A stretch of DNA of 64,000 nt from Glaciihabitans sp. GrIS 2.15 (GCF_035984695.1 NZ_JAXCHU010000001.1:264590-328589), one strand, 5' to 3'; shown: positions 11,249-21,792, numbered from the stretch's first letter. A program made the numbers and translations. Notes: a model not told the origin generated them from the sequence alone.

Positions 11249-11625
11249 GGCATGCGATAATTTGTCTTAGTCATGCGAGCCGCGCTCGATGTGACGCCAA
11301 AGAATGCTTACCGGGCACTGTGTGATGAAACCTGAGGGTTGCCGCATACAACAACCGGGCCGCGCTGAATCGGCTTCGATCTGACAAGGATCATCGTCCA
11401 TCGCGAGCGTGTCGGATAGCGAGTTCCGAACAGAATCACCAAGACAAGCGAACGAAACCAGAGCCAGCCCCAGCGTGTCACAGCGACCGGGGGCCGGAGC
11501 CGGTTTCCAAGCGAAGAATTAGCGGCACATCGACCGAAGCCAGAATTGCCAGAGTCGAAAACCGCGACGAGAGAGCACCCGACGGGCCGCGCGGCTTCCT
11601 GTTCCGGGCTAGGAGTGCACCAGCG

Positions 11626-14307
11626 ATGGTGGAGAAAACTACACACAACAATGACGGTTCGGCGCAGAACGAACCGAAGAAGCGTTCGCGTCTCTTCGGC
11701 TCGCGTCGGGCATCGAAGGTTATCGCGGCTCCGGAACCGGCAGTCCTCCCGCAGCCCGTTGCGCTGGAACCGACGATGTCTGCACAGCCGACCACGTCCG
11801 AAGCGAAGGCCGAGCCGTCGAAAGCTGAGCAGCTGACCACGGATGCCGCGCCGGTGATGGCCGACGCACCCGCGAAGCGCGCTTCCGGCCGCCGCGCCTC
11901 GTCCAAACCAGACGCCGCCAAACCAGACGCCGCCAAACCAGACGCCGGAGAGCTCGAGGCCGCAAAGCCCGTCACCGCGGCTGTCGACGAGAAGCCCGCG
12001 GTCGAAGCCCCAGCGACCGCGCCGAAGAAGGCGCCCCTCGCGCGCCCGACCACTTCGCTGCTCTTCCAAGCGCCGGATCTTCCCGTGCTTCCCCCGCGAT
12101 CGGGAGCGCGCGACGACGATTTCGACGACGAGCCCCGCGACAGCCGCCCCCCGCGCAACTCGCGAAACACGCGCAACAGCGATCGCACCGAAGACAGCGA
12201 CCGCGACCGCCGGGATGACGACGGCGAGCAGACGACACTCCGTCGCCGGTCACGCCGACGCGCCGGTGACGAAGACCGCGACTCTGGCATCCCGAACGCC
12301 GCCAACTCCAACCCGACCAACACGGTCGTCAAGGTGCGCGCTCCACGCCCCGCGCCCGAGCTGAGCAATGAGCCGACGAAGGTGCGCGGCTCTACCCGTC
12401 TTGAGGCGAAGAAGCAGCGGCGCCGCGACGGTCGTGACGCGGGCCGCCGCCGCCCGGTGATCACCGAGGCCGAGTTTCTCGCCCGCCGCGAGAGCGTTGA
12501 CCGCAAGATGGTGGTGCGCTCCAAATTCGACCGTATCCAGATCGGCGTGCTCGAAGACGGGGTGCTTGTTGAGCACTATGTCGCCAAGGCAGCGGACGCC
12601 AGCCTGATCGGCAATGTCTACCTCGGTCGCGTGCAGAATGTGCTGCCGAGCATGGAGGCGGCGTTCGTCGACATCGGACGCGGCCGCAACGCGGTGCTCT
12701 ACTCGGGGGAAGTGGACTGGGAGGCCGCAGCGGAGAACTCCGCCGACGGTAAGAGCCAGGCCCGTCGCATCGAACTCGCCCTCAAGCCCGGTGACAAGGT
12801 GCTCGTGCAGGTGACGAAGGATCCAGTCGGCCATAAGGGCGCCCGTCTCACCAGCCAGGTCAGCCTTCCGGGACGCTACCTGGTGTACGTTCCCAACGGG
12901 TCGATGAACGGAATCAGCCGCAAGCTGCCCGACACCGAGCGCGCGCGTCTCAAGAAGATACTCAAAGAGGTACTGCCAGAGAACGTCGGCGTGATCGTGC
13001 GCACAGCGGCCGAGGGCGCAACTGACGAACAGCTCACGCTGGACGTCAATCGCCTCACCGCACAATGGGCCGCGATCAGCGCCACTCTCGAGAGTGTCCA
13101 GGCTCCTGCGCTGCTGCACAGTGAGCCGGACCTTCTGGTCAAGATCGTGCGAGATGTCTTCAACGAGGACTTCCACGAGCTAGTCATCGAGGGTGCGGAT
13201 GCCGAATTGACGATAACGACCTACCTCTCGCAGGTGGCCCCCGATCTCGTCGATCGGCTGCAGACCTACGAGGGCACCGTCGACTCGTTCGACCAATACC
13301 GCATCACCGAGCAGATCGAGAAGGCGCTCGACCGCAAGGTCTGGTTGCCCTCGGGTGGTTCGCTTGTCATCGACCGCACCGAAGCGATGACGGTCGTCGA
13401 CGTCAACACCGGCAAGTTCGTCGGCTCTGGTGGGAACCTCGAAGAGACCGTCACGAAGAACAACCTCGAGTCGGCGGAAGAGATCGTGCGCCAGTTGCGC
13501 CTGCGTGACATCGGGGGAATCATCGTGGTCGACTTCATCGACATGGTGCTCGAGTCAAACCGTGATCTCGTGCTTCGTCGCCTGGTGGAATGCCTCAGCC
13601 GTGACCGCACCAAGCACCAGGTCGCCGAGGTCACCTCGCTCGGCCTGGTGCAGATGACTCGCAAGAAACTTGGCCTCGGCCTGATCGAGTCGTTCAGTGA
13701 ACCCTGCGAATTCTGCGCCGGTCGCGGCATCATCATCCACCACGACCCGGTCATCCGACATCGCCAGTCGGCCCAGCCGGAGACCCCGCGTCGCGGTCGC
13801 GGCAAGGGTGGCAACGGCAACGGTAACGACTCCGGGCGCTCGAACGGCGCGGTGAACAACGGGTCGTTCGCTGGGCAAAAGCCCAACGGCGGAACCCACG
13901 CCATCACTGACGACGTGAAGAACGCGCTCGCCCAGATCGCGGCGTCGACCATCGCGCATGCGCCGGTCGAAGAGCGTCCCGTAGCCGAGGCATCCGCTGT
14001 CCCGACCGGGGAAACCACAGAACCAGGGGTCGCAGTCGAAGCGCCGAAGGTCGAATCGGCGACAACCAGCACAGGAGAAATCGCGGAAGAGGCCGCAGTG
14101 GAGATCCTCGATATCCCGGTGAAGAAAAACTCGCGCAGCCCGCGACGGATCTCCACCCACGACGCTGAGCAGATCCTCGACTCGGTGCTCGACGCGCTTC
14201 CCGAACCGAAGCAGCCGGGGCAGGGGCGCTCGCGCGTCTCTCGCCGTGCGTCCAGCGCCGGCACTGTGCGTACCTCCGAGTCGTCCGAGGGTTCGAGCAA
14301 CACGTAG
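11626..14307 (+). CDS. rne: ribonuclease E (Rne/Rng family)
   Basis: 893 aa. Disordered basic/acidic N-terminal region with KPDAAKPDAAKPDAG repeats. S1 and catalytic domains (FDRIQIGVLEDGVLVEHYV...; VVDFIDM). Zn-link CEFCAGRG. R/G-rich C-terminus. Confidence 0.9.
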   Translation: MVEKTTHNNDGSAQNEPKKRSRLFGSRRASKVIAAPEPAVLPQPVALEPTMSAQPTTSEAKAEPSKAEQLTTDAAPVMADAPAKRASGRRASSKPDAAKPDAAKPDAGELEAAKPVTAAVDEKPAVEAPATAPKKAPLARPTTSLLFQAPDLPVLPPRSGARDDDFDDEPRDSRPPRNSRNTRNSDRTEDSDRDRRDDDGEQTTLRRRSRRRAGDEDRDSGIPNAANSNPTNTVVKVRAPRPAPELSNEPTKVRGSTRLEAKKQRRRDGRDAGRRRPVITEAEFLARRESVDRKMVVRSKFDRIQIGVLEDGVLVEHYVAKAADASLIGNVYLGRVQNVLPSMEAAFVDIGRGRNAVLYSGEVDWEAAAENSADGKSQARRIELALKPGDKVLVQVTKDPVGHKGARLTSQVSLPGRYLVYVPNGSMNGISRKLPDTERARLKKILKEVLPENVGVIVRTAAEGATDEQLTLDVNRLTAQWAAISATLESVQAPALLHSEPDLLVKIVRDVFNEDFHELVIEGADAELTITTYLSQVAPDLVDRLQTYEGTVDSFDQYRITEQIEKALDRKVWLPSGGSLVIDRTEAMTVVDVNTGKFVGSGGNLEETVTKNNLESAEEIVRQLRLRDIGGIIVVDFIDMVLESNRDLVLRRLVECLSRDRTKHQVAEVTSLGLVQMTRKKLGLGLIESFSEPCEFCAGRGIIIHHDPVIRHRQSAQPETPRRGRGKGGNGNGNDSGRSNGAVNNGSFAGQKPNGGTHAITDDVKNALAQIAASTIAHAPVEERPVAEASAVPTGETTEPGVAVEAPKVESATTSTGEIAEEAAVEILDIPVKKNSRSPRRISTHDAEQILDSVLDALPEPKQPGQGRSRVSRRASSAGTVRTSESSEGSSNT

Positions 14308-14316
14308 CGTGCCGGG

Positions 14317-15378
14317 GTGCCGACTTCACCGTCACGCCGTAAGATTCCGCGGGTGGGCATCGGGGTAGCAGAGCGCAAGCGAAGCAGCATCCGGATGCCC
14401 ACCATCGTTGGCCTCCTCGTTGGGCTTTCGGGCATCGCCGCTGTCTTCGTCGTGCGAGCGCTCACGCCTGCCCTCGGCCCCTGGTCGCTGCCCAACCGGG
14501 TTCAGGATCTTCTTACGCTGTCGATCAGCGTGATCACGGAGTCACTGCCGTTCGTGATCCTCGGCATCGTGCTGTCGATCCTGGTGCAGGTCTGGGTTCC
14601 CGACCGCTGGATCATGCGCATTCTGCCGCGCAACGAGTTTCTCCGGCGGGCGATGATCTCGTTTCTCGGCATATTCCTCCCGGTGTGCGAGTGCGGCAAC
14701 GTGCCGCTCGCCCGCGGTCTCATTGTCAAGGGCTTCACGGTCTCGGAGTCGATGACTTTCCTGCTCGCGGCCCCGATCGTCAACCCGATCACGATCCTCA
14801 CCACCGGGCAGGCCTTCGGCTTCGACAGCTGGATCTTTGCAGCCCGCCTCGTGGGGGGCTTCGTCATCGCCAACGTGATCGGATGGCTCTTCTCGAAGCA
14901 CCCCGACCAGGACAGTCTGCTCACCGACCGCTTTGCCGCTGAATGCCGCCTGCCCGACCCGCACGAACACGACCAGACCCGCTGGCAGAAGAGCGTTGAG
15001 CTCTTCACCCGCGAGAGCGGTGTCATCATGCCGGCACTGTTCATCGGCTCGCTCATCGCCGGTCTCGTTCAGGTGGCCGTGCCTCGATCGGTGCTGCTGA
15101 GCCTCGGAAGCAACCCGCTCTGGTCGATCCTCGCGATGATGGCGCTCGCGTTTGTGATCTCCGTCTGCTCCAATGTCGACTCGTTCTTCATCCTGCCCTT
15201 CGCCAGTACCTTCATGCCCGGTTCGATAGCCGTATTCCTCGTCTTCGGGCCAATCATCGATATCAAGATGCTCACCCTCATGCGCACCACGTTCCGCGCG
15301 AAGGTATTGGTGCAGCTCACCGTGATCGTCGGGTTGCTCAGCGCCCTGATCGGATTGGTCGTGAATTATCTTGCCTAG
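14317..15378 (+). CDS. permease (two-component membrane permease complex subunit, YraQ/DUF318-like)
   Basis: ~10 TM helices. VCECGNVPLARGL motif. Paired with the TIGR03943-like gene downstream. The true start is probably M at ~14395 (MPTIVGLLVG). Confidence 0.65.
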   Translation: MPTSPSRRKIPRVGIGVAERKRSSIRMPTIVGLLVGLSGIAAVFVVRALTPALGPWSLPNRVQDLLTLSISVITESLPFVILGIVLSILVQVWVPDRWIMRILPRNEFLRRAMISFLGIFLPVCECGNVPLARGLIVKGFTVSESMTFLLAAPIVNPITILTTGQAFGFDSWIFAARLVGGFVIANVIGWLFSKHPDQDSLLTDRFAAECRLPDPHEHDQTRWQKSVELFTRESGVIMPALFIGSLIAGLVQVAVPRSVLLSLGSNPLWSILAMMALAFVISVCSNVDSFFILPFASTFMPGSIAVFLVFGPIIDIKMLTLMRTTFRAKVLVQLTVIVGLLSALIGLVVNYLA

Positions 15379-16129
15379 GTTCACCCGGTGGCAGGGCATC
15401 GCCCTGTGCGTCGCCGCCCTCGTCTCGACTGTCTGGCTCGCTGTCACCAACCAACTCATTCTGTACATCCACCCGCGGTACATCGTCTTCACTGTGATCA
15501 TGACCGTTCTCGGGCTTGTGCTGGTGGTGGCGAGCTTCGGGCGATCGCCGGATCGCGAGCACGATCAGGAGCACGGGGAACCCACTCCGCGCGGCTACCG
15601 CAGGGCGATCACTGTCGCTGGCACGGTGCTCACCCTGGTGGTGGCGATCGCACTCGTCATCGTCCCTCCCGCGACCCTCACCACCGCCACCGCAGACCAG
15701 CGCGTGATTAACAGCACCCAGGTGGGCTCTGGCACGAAGACGGTGGACTCCGCGGCATCCGCTCCCGCTGGTGCGTTCGCGCGTTTCACTGTGCTCGACT
15801 GGTCGTCGCTGTTGCGCCAGACGACCGACGCGAGCTTCTACCGCGACAAGGCAGCGAATGTCGTGGGATTCATCACCAAGGACGCGGATGACCCGCAGAA
15901 CGTCTTTTACGTCTCCCGTTTCGTGATCACCTGCTGCGCGGTCGACGCCCAACCGGTGGGCGTGCCGGTCTTTCTCCCCAACTGGCAGAACCGTTTCGCG
16001 GCCGACCACTGGGTGAAGGTGAGCGGGTCGTTCGAGAGTAATCCCAGCACGAAGAGCCAGCAGTCCATCGCCCTGGTACCCACCGCGACGACGAAAGTGG
16101 ATCAACCGAGTGAGCCATACCTCTACTGA
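15371..16129 (+). CDS. TIGR03943/DUF1980-family membrane protein (permease partner)
   Basis: Two N-terminal TM helices, then an extracytoplasmic domain with VITCCAVDAQPVG. Overlaps the permease stop. Confidence 0.6.
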   Translation: MPRFTRWQGIALCVAALVSTVWLAVTNQLILYIHPRYIVFTVIMTVLGLVLVVASFGRSPDREHDQEHGEPTPRGYRRAITVAGTVLTLVVAIALVIVPPATLTTATADQRVINSTQVGSGTKTVDSAASAPAGAFARFTVLDWSSLLRQTTDASFYRDKAANVVGFITKDADDPQNVFYVSRFVITCCAVDAQPVGVPVFLPNWQNRFAADHWVKVSGSFESNPSTKSQQSIALVPTATTKVDQPSEPYLY

Positions 16130-17534
16130 CGATACGGATGCGGCGGCGGAGGCGGCCCGTCCGTTCCGTCGCGCCCTCGCGATCACGGTGGTCGCCCTCG
16201 TGCTCTTCGTCGCAGGATTCGCCGGGCTCAACTACCTGCAGGGTCCCAAGCTATCCAGCGGCAGCGTCGATGCCGGTCGTGTGGTCGTGCAGGGCGGCCA
16301 GCAGCTACGGCTGTTCGCCAACCAGAGCATCCGCACGGTCGCCAAGAAGCACGTGTCGGTGAATCCAGCGGTGACGTTCACGGTGAGCACTTCCGGCGCC
16401 GTCATCGCCGTGCAATTCACGGACCGCCTCCGGTACGGCACGAAATACTCGGTTCGGGTCTCCGATGTCGCCAACGCCTTCCAGCCGCGGGTATCAACCT
16501 TCGACTACACGTTCACCACTGCCCCCGCAGAGATCTACTACCTCGACCGGGCCGACCCGGCCACGGGGGCAGGGCAGGATGATTCGATCATTCGCACCGG
16601 GCTGAGCGGCAACGAGCGCACCGTCGTCTACTCGGCACCTCGTATCCAACAATTCGTGGTCTTCGCGCAGGCGATCGCCGTCACAACTCTCGCCGATGAC
16701 GGCACCAGCTCCCTCTCGCTGGTGGGGCTCTCCAGCAAACTGGTCGAACAAATCCCGCTGCCGGGCGTCGGCACCATCGACGAACTCCAGGGCGAATCGA
16801 ATGCCGGTCTCCTCGGCTTCGTTTTCACCAGCGCGGGACCGGCCGCCGCCCGCGAGTTCAATTCCGTACTGATGCGCATCGACCTCAGCGGCGCCCACAC
16901 CGTGGCTCCCGTGCCCGACCTCGCCGGTACGCCGCTCAAGGCGCTCGGCTGGGGCTTCCTCGGCGGCAGCACGAGCATCATCGCCCAGGGCGAGGACCAG
17001 ACCGTGCTTCTGATCGATGCCTCGAAATCCGCACCCCCGGTGCCCCTCGGACAGTACACGGAGCTCGGACGGAGCTCGCCCGATGGAAAAACGATCGTGG
17101 TGAGCGACGTCTTCGGCAAGATCGCCTATTCGCTGGCCGACGGCACAAAGACCCGCATCCCCTCGCTACCGATCGCCGGGGCATCCACCTACGGAGGCGA
17201 TGTCGTGCTGCTGGGAAAGGATATGGCCCGGGTACAGCAGGTAGCCGTGTTCGATTCGGCCACGGGCGGCAAGTTCCAGAGCTACCTCGTCTTCGAGAGT
17301 GGCACAACTGCCCGGGTTCTGTACCAGACGAAGGACGACGCAGGCAGCATCGAGGGCTTCAGCATCTCGCCGAACGGCCAGTTCGTCGCGGTGAATGTCA
17401 TTCCGGACTACGCAAACAGTGTTTCGGACGGCTACCAGGTCGATGCGCAATCCACCTCCATCAGAACCGTCTTCATCGATATCGCCAGTGGCGCAGTTGT
17501 GCGCAGCGTCGAGGGTTCTGACGAGAGCTGGTAG
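16110..17534 (+). CDS. hypothetical membrane-anchored protein (single N-terminal TM, large extracytoplasmic domain)
   Basis: 474 aa. TM at ALAITVVALVLFVAGFAGL. The remainder is Ser/Thr/Gly-rich and predicted beta-rich. No recognised motif. Start overlaps the preceding gene. Confidence 0.5.
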   Translation: MSHTSTDDTDAAAEAARPFRRALAITVVALVLFVAGFAGLNYLQGPKLSSGSVDAGRVVVQGGQQLRLFANQSIRTVAKKHVSVNPAVTFTVSTSGAVIAVQFTDRLRYGTKYSVRVSDVANAFQPRVSTFDYTFTTAPAEIYYLDRADPATGAGQDDSIIRTGLSGNERTVVYSAPRIQQFVVFAQAIAVTTLADDGTSSLSLVGLSSKLVEQIPLPGVGTIDELQGESNAGLLGFVFTSAGPAAAREFNSVLMRIDLSGAHTVAPVPDLAGTPLKALGWGFLGGSTSIIAQGEDQTVLLIDASKSAPPVPLGQYTELGRSSPDGKTIVVSDVFGKIAYSLADGTKTRIPSLPIAGASTYGGDVVLLGKDMARVQQVAVFDSATGGKFQSYLVFESGTTARVLYQTKDDAGSIEGFSISPNGQFVAVNVIPDYANSVSDGYQVDAQSTSIRTVFIDIASGAVVRSVEGSDESW

Positions 17535-17720
17535 TGCTACTTCTGCTGCAGTTCCCACTGCCGTAGTCCGCTCGTGGCGGGGGATACGCCGTCTCGCGGA
17601 GTCCACTTTGCCTCGTGGCGGGAGTTACGCCTCCCGCCGGGAGGAGTTTTCCCCGCCGCGACGAGTTCGTACGCCGGGTGACGGCGTGCGTCCCGCCGAC
17701 GTTCGCGGCGGGGGATGCAG

Positions 17721-17990
17721 CTACCGCCGACGGTCGCGCTGGGAGACTCGCAGTCCGCTCTCGCGCAGTCGTTCCACGAGTTGCCGGATGCTCACCGGTT
17801 CCGCCCCGGCAGCCACCATCTCGTCGTACCTGGTCTCGGGCACGTCGTAGTGGTCGAGGTCGAAACCTCGACGAGGGATGCCCATCCGACCGGCGAAGTC
17901 GTGCAACTCCGTCAGAGAGCTGTCACTCACCAGGTGGGACCAGAGCATCCCGTGCGCTGGCCACCTAGGCTTGTCGATCAGGACGGTCAT
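17721..17990 (-). CDS. DUF4031 domain protein
   Basis: 89 aa. MTVLIDKPRWPAHGMLWSHLVSDSSLTELHDFAGRMGIPRRGFDLDHYDVPE, the conserved small actinobacterial family. Confidence 0.7.
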   Translation of the reverse strand: MTVLIDKPRWPAHGMLWSHLVSDSSLTELHDFAGRMGIPRRGFDLDHYDVPETRYDEMVAAGAEPVSIRQLVERLRESGLRVSQRDRRR

Positions 17991-18020
17991 TGGCCGATTC
18001 TAAACAGGAAGGATTGGCAG

Positions 18021-18584
18021 ATGACCACCCTCGCTCATCGCGTCGTGCGCCAGCGCGGCTTTCTCGTGGCACTGGCTTCCGGGCTCGTTGTGCTCGCCGT
18101 CAACCTCGTTCAGAATGTGTTGAATGCCGTGATTGGGCAACTCTCGTTCCTCGGCACCAGTGGGGTGCCTGCGTGGCAATGGTGGGCCGGTTACGCCGCT
18201 CAATTCGCCTCCATCGCCGTTCCGCTTACTTTCGGCGTGGTACTCAGCTTCTGGTTCATCGCTCCGATCGGGCCCGACCTGCACATCGCTCACGTGGTCA
18301 CCCGCGCAGCGCTCGCAGCGGCCGTGGGAAGCGCCCTGGTCTTTCTGGTTAACCTCGTTACCACCGGAATCTCTCTAGTGACAAATGGTCTGATGGGTCA
18401 GATCCGACTCACGGCGGATGCGGGGGACCAGTTCCTGCGGGCGCTCGGCTTCTCGGCGGTCATCGCCGGGGGGCAGCTTGTGACCGTCGCGCCGCTCGTG
18501 ATCCTCGTGGGAGTCTTGCTGCGGATGTGGCTCGAGCGGCATCCGTCCGAGTTCGAGATTGTGGGCATCGTCGACACGGCGTGA
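18021..18584 (+). CDS. hypothetical membrane protein
   Basis: ATG at 18021, preceded by AGGAAGGA. ~4 TM helices. The upstream part of annotated ORF 17715 overlaps the DUF4031 gene on the other strand and was discarded. Confidence 0.5.
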   Translation: MTTLAHRVVRQRGFLVALASGLVVLAVNLVQNVLNAVIGQLSFLGTSGVPAWQWWAGYAAQFASIAVPLTFGVVLSFWFIAPIGPDLHIAHVVTRAALAAAVGSALVFLVNLVTTGISLVTNGLMGQIRLTADAGDQFLRALGFSAVIAGGQLVTVAPLVILVGVLLRMWLERHPSEFEIVGIVDTA

Positions 18585-18727
18585 ACGCGTCCGTCAGGGT
18601 TTGACCCCGGCCGCGATCATCGACTATTGTTGATCTTCGGTGTGTGCTGGGCTAAGCCCGCAACCGAATGCACACCAAGACTTCTGCCGAAATCATCGGC
18701 AACAGTTCATAGAGTGAGGGTTCCCTA

Positions 18728-19036
18728 GTGGTTTACGCAGTTGTGCGCGCCGGTGGTCGGCAGGAAAAGATCGAGGTCGGCAGTATTGTCGTTCTCGACC
18801 GCATCAAGGCCGACAAAGACGGCAACGTCGAGCTCGTGCCAGTGTTGCTGGTCGACGGCGACACCATCACACATGACGCGTCGGCTCTCGCGAAGGTGAA
18901 GGTGACCGCAGAGGTCGTCGGTGACCTTCGTGGGCCAAAGATCGTCATCCAGAAGTTCAAGAACAAGACCGGGTACAAGAAGCGCCAGGGCCACCGCCAG
19001 GAACTCACCCGCATCAAGATCACCAGCATCAAGTAG
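18728..19036 (+). CDS. rplU: 50S ribosomal protein L21
   Basis: [25 protein letters not shown]..., with the [16 protein letters not shown]-terminus. Confidence 0.95.
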   Translation: MVYAVVRAGGRQEKIEVGSIVVLDRIKADKDGNVELVPVLLVDGDTITHDASALAKVKVTAEVVGDLRGPKIVIQKFKNKTGYKKRQGHRQELTRIKITSIK

Positions 19037-19051
19037 AGGGACCGACTTCTC

Positions 19052-19306
19052 ATGGCACACAAAAAGGGCGCAAGCTCCACCCGTAACGGTCGCGACTCGA
19101 ACGCGCAGCGCCTTGGCGTAAAGCGCTTCGGCGGCCAGGTAGTCAGCGCTGGCGAGATTATCGTCCGCCAGCGCGGCACGCATTTCCACCCCGGCGTCAA
19201 CGTCGGCCGTGGTGGCGATGACACCCTGTTCGCTCTCGCTGCTGGTGCGGTCGAGTTCGGTGCAAAAGGTGGCCGCAAGGTCATCAACATCGTGGTCGCG
19301 GCCTAG
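19052..19306 (+). CDS. rpmA: 50S ribosomal protein L27
   Basis: [29 protein letters not shown]... Confidence 0.95.
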   Translation: MAHKKGASSTRNGRDSNAQRLGVKRFGGQVVSAGEIIVRQRGTHFHPGVNVGRGGDDTLFALAAGAVEFGAKGGRKVINIVVAA

Positions 19307-19436
19307 TTTCGGGACGGTCGCGGAGCGGCCAATTCGACCATCGGCTTATTCGACGGTCGGCTCCTCTCATGGTTCGAGCGGGCTTCGGCTCGCTCTTACT
19401 TTTTAAGCGGTAATTCACTTCACGAAGGGATGCGTT

Positions 19437-21008
19437 GTGGCTACCTTCGTTGACCAGGTAACACTCCACCTCAGTGCCGGTGACGGTGGCGACGGCTGCG
19501 TCTCGGTGAAGCGGGAGAAATTCAAGCCACTCGCCGGACCCGATGGCGGTAACGGTGGTGATGGTGGCGATATCGTGCTGGTGAGCGAGATGGGTGTCAC
19601 GACGCTGCTCGGCTTCCACCGCGCCCCCCACCGCAAGTCCGAAAAGGGCGGCCAGGGCATGGGAGACAACCGCAGCGGATCCGACGGCGCGGAGATCGAA
19701 CTCGCGGTTCCGCTCGGAACCGTCGTCAAGGATGCCGAGGGCAACGAGCTCATCGACTTCACCGAGCCGGGAATGCGCTACGTCGTGGCTCCCGGTGGGC
19801 AGGGTGGCCTCGGCAATGCCGCGCTCGCGTCCACCAAGCGCAAGGCTCCGGGTTTCGCCCTTCTCGGCATCCCCGGTTGGGAGGGCGATGTCTTCCTTGA
19901 GCTCAAGGTGGTGGCGGATGTCGCGCTGGTCGGGTTTCCCTCGGCAGGCAAGTCCAGCCTCGTCGCTGCGATCTCTGCGGCCAAGCCGAAGATTGCGGAC
20001 TACCCGTTCACCACGCTGCATCCGAACCTCGGTGTCGTGGAGTCCGGCGACTCCCGCTATACCGTTGCCGACGTGCCCGGCCTCATCGAGGGCGCGAGCG
20101 AAGGCAAGGGCCTCGGACTGGAGTTCCTGCGCCATGTCGAGCGCTGCTCCGCATTGCTCCACGTGCTCGACTGCGCCACTCTCGAGCCCGGCCGTGACCC
20201 GATCAGCGACCTTGACGTGATCCTCAGTGAACTTGCCGCCTATCCGGTGCCAGAGGGCCAGCTTCCGCTCCTCGACCGCCCCCAGCTCATTTCACTGAAC
20301 AAAGTCGATGTTCCAGAGGGCCGCGAACTCGCCGACCTCGTGCGCCCCGAACTCGAGGCTCGCGGATACCGTGTCTTCGAGATCTCTGCTGTGAGTCGTG
20401 AGGGGCTGCGCGAACTCTCCTTCGCCCTGGGAGAGCTGGTGGATGCGGAACGCGCCAAGAAGGCAGCGGTCCCGGTGAAGCAGCGGATCGTGCTGCGCCC
20501 CCGTGCCACCGGCGACGCCGGCTTCACCGTCAAGGTGGAGGGCGGTTCCGGAGGCAATATCTACCGCGTCGTTGGCGGTAAGCCTGAGCGCTGGGTTGCC
20601 CAGACCGACTTCAACAATGAAGAGGCCATCGGATTCCTTGCCGACCGCCTCGCGAAGTCTGGTGTCGAGAATGAGCTATTCAAGGCTGGCGCCGTGGCCG
20701 GCTCGACCGTGATGATTGGTCCGGTCACGTTCGACTGGGAGCCGACGCTCACGTCGACGGCAGAGCTGTTGACCGCCCCGCGCGGCACCGACCCGCGGCT
20801 CGTGCAGAACGATCGACCGACCTCTAAGACGCGTCGCCAGGAATACCTCGACCGCATGGATGGCAAGGCCGAAGCGCGCGCCGAACTCATCCGCGAGCGC
20901 GAGGCTGGCATGTGGAACGATGACGAAGGCTTTGCGATCGCTCGAAAGGACGGCGTCGAAACCGAGGATGCTGAGGCCGAGTCGAAGGATTCTCCGGCGG
21001 ATGTCTAG
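19437..21008 (+). CDS. obg: GTPase Obg
   Basis: Obg-fold glycine-rich N-domain ([13 protein letters not shown]). G-domain ([10 protein letters not shown]; [10 protein letters not shown]). C-terminal TGS-like domain. GTG start. Confidence 0.92.
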   Translation: MATFVDQVTLHLSAGDGGDGCVSVKREKFKPLAGPDGGNGGDGGDIVLVSEMGVTTLLGFHRAPHRKSEKGGQGMGDNRSGSDGAEIELAVPLGTVVKDAEGNELIDFTEPGMRYVVAPGGQGGLGNAALASTKRKAPGFALLGIPGWEGDVFLELKVVADVALVGFPSAGKSSLVAAISAAKPKIADYPFTTLHPNLGVVESGDSRYTVADVPGLIEGASEGKGLGLEFLRHVERCSALLHVLDCATLEPGRDPISDLDVILSELAAYPVPEGQLPLLDRPQLISLNKVDVPEGRELADLVRPELEARGYRVFEISAVSREGLRELSFALGELVDAERAKKAAVPVKQRIVLRPRATGDAGFTVKVEGGSGGNIYRVVGGKPERWVAQTDFNNEEAIGFLADRLAKSGVENELFKAGAVAGSTVMIGPVTFDWEPTLTSTAELLTAPRGTDPRLVQNDRPTSKTRRQEYLDRMDGKAEARAELIREREAGMWNDDEGFAIARKDGVETEDAEAESKDSPADV

Positions 21009-21792
21009 CCCGGTTCTCTCGCGCAGCGGCATCCCGTCCGCGCACCGCATTGTCGTCAAGGTCGGTTCCTCCTCGATCAGTGGAGCGAACGCCGGCCAGA
21101 TCGCGCCGCTCGTCGATGCTCTCGCTGCGGCGCATTCGCGAGGCACCGAGGTGATCCTCGTCTCTTCGGGAGCCATCGCCACCGGGATGCCGTATCTCAA
21201 GCTGGATGCCCGCCCCACTGACCTCGCAACTCAGCAGGCGGCCGCCGCGGTCGGTCAAAACGTGCTGATCTATCGTTACCAGGACAGCCTCGATCGCTTC
21301 CAGATCGTCGCTGCGCAGGTGCTGCTCACCGCCGGGGACCTCGAGAATCCGACCCATCGCGGTAATGCCCAACGCGCCATGGAGCGCCTGCTCGACCTGC
21401 GTATCCTGCCAATAGTCAATGAGAACGACACGGTGGCGACCCATGAGATCCGGTTCGGTGACAACGACCGGCTCGCGGCCCTCGTATCCCAGCTGGTGCG
21501 GGCCGACCTGCTCGTGTTGCTCTCCGATATCGACTCCCTCTACACGCGTCCGCCGGAAAAGCCGGGCGCTCGCCGCATTGCGGACGTGCCATTTGAGGAC
21601 GACCTCGCGGGCGTCGAGTTCGGCGATATCGGTTCGGCGGGGGTCGGAACCGGTGGCGCGGGCACGAAGGTGGCTGCAGCGAAGCTTGCGGCGGCATCGG
21701 GAACACCGGTGCTGCTCGCGTCGACGCGCGACGTGGCTGCTGCCCTCGTGGGAGCCGAACTCGGCACCTTTTTCGCCGCGGCAACCGTATAA
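21002..21792 (+). CDS. proB: glutamate 5-kinase (short form without PUA domain)
   Basis: ATG at 21002 overlaps the obg stop (ATGTCTAG). AAK-family motifs ([10 protein letters not shown]; [10 protein letters not shown]). The long ORF 20860 N-terminal extension was discarded. Confidence 0.85.

Noticed and set aside
11478-13176. Minus-strand ORFs of 348 and 308 aa
   Set aside because: Antisense to rne and to its leader. Compositionally biased. No motifs.
14542-15501. 319-aa minus-strand ORF
   Set aside because: Antisense to the permease/TIGR03943 genes. Acidic, His-rich, low-complexity.
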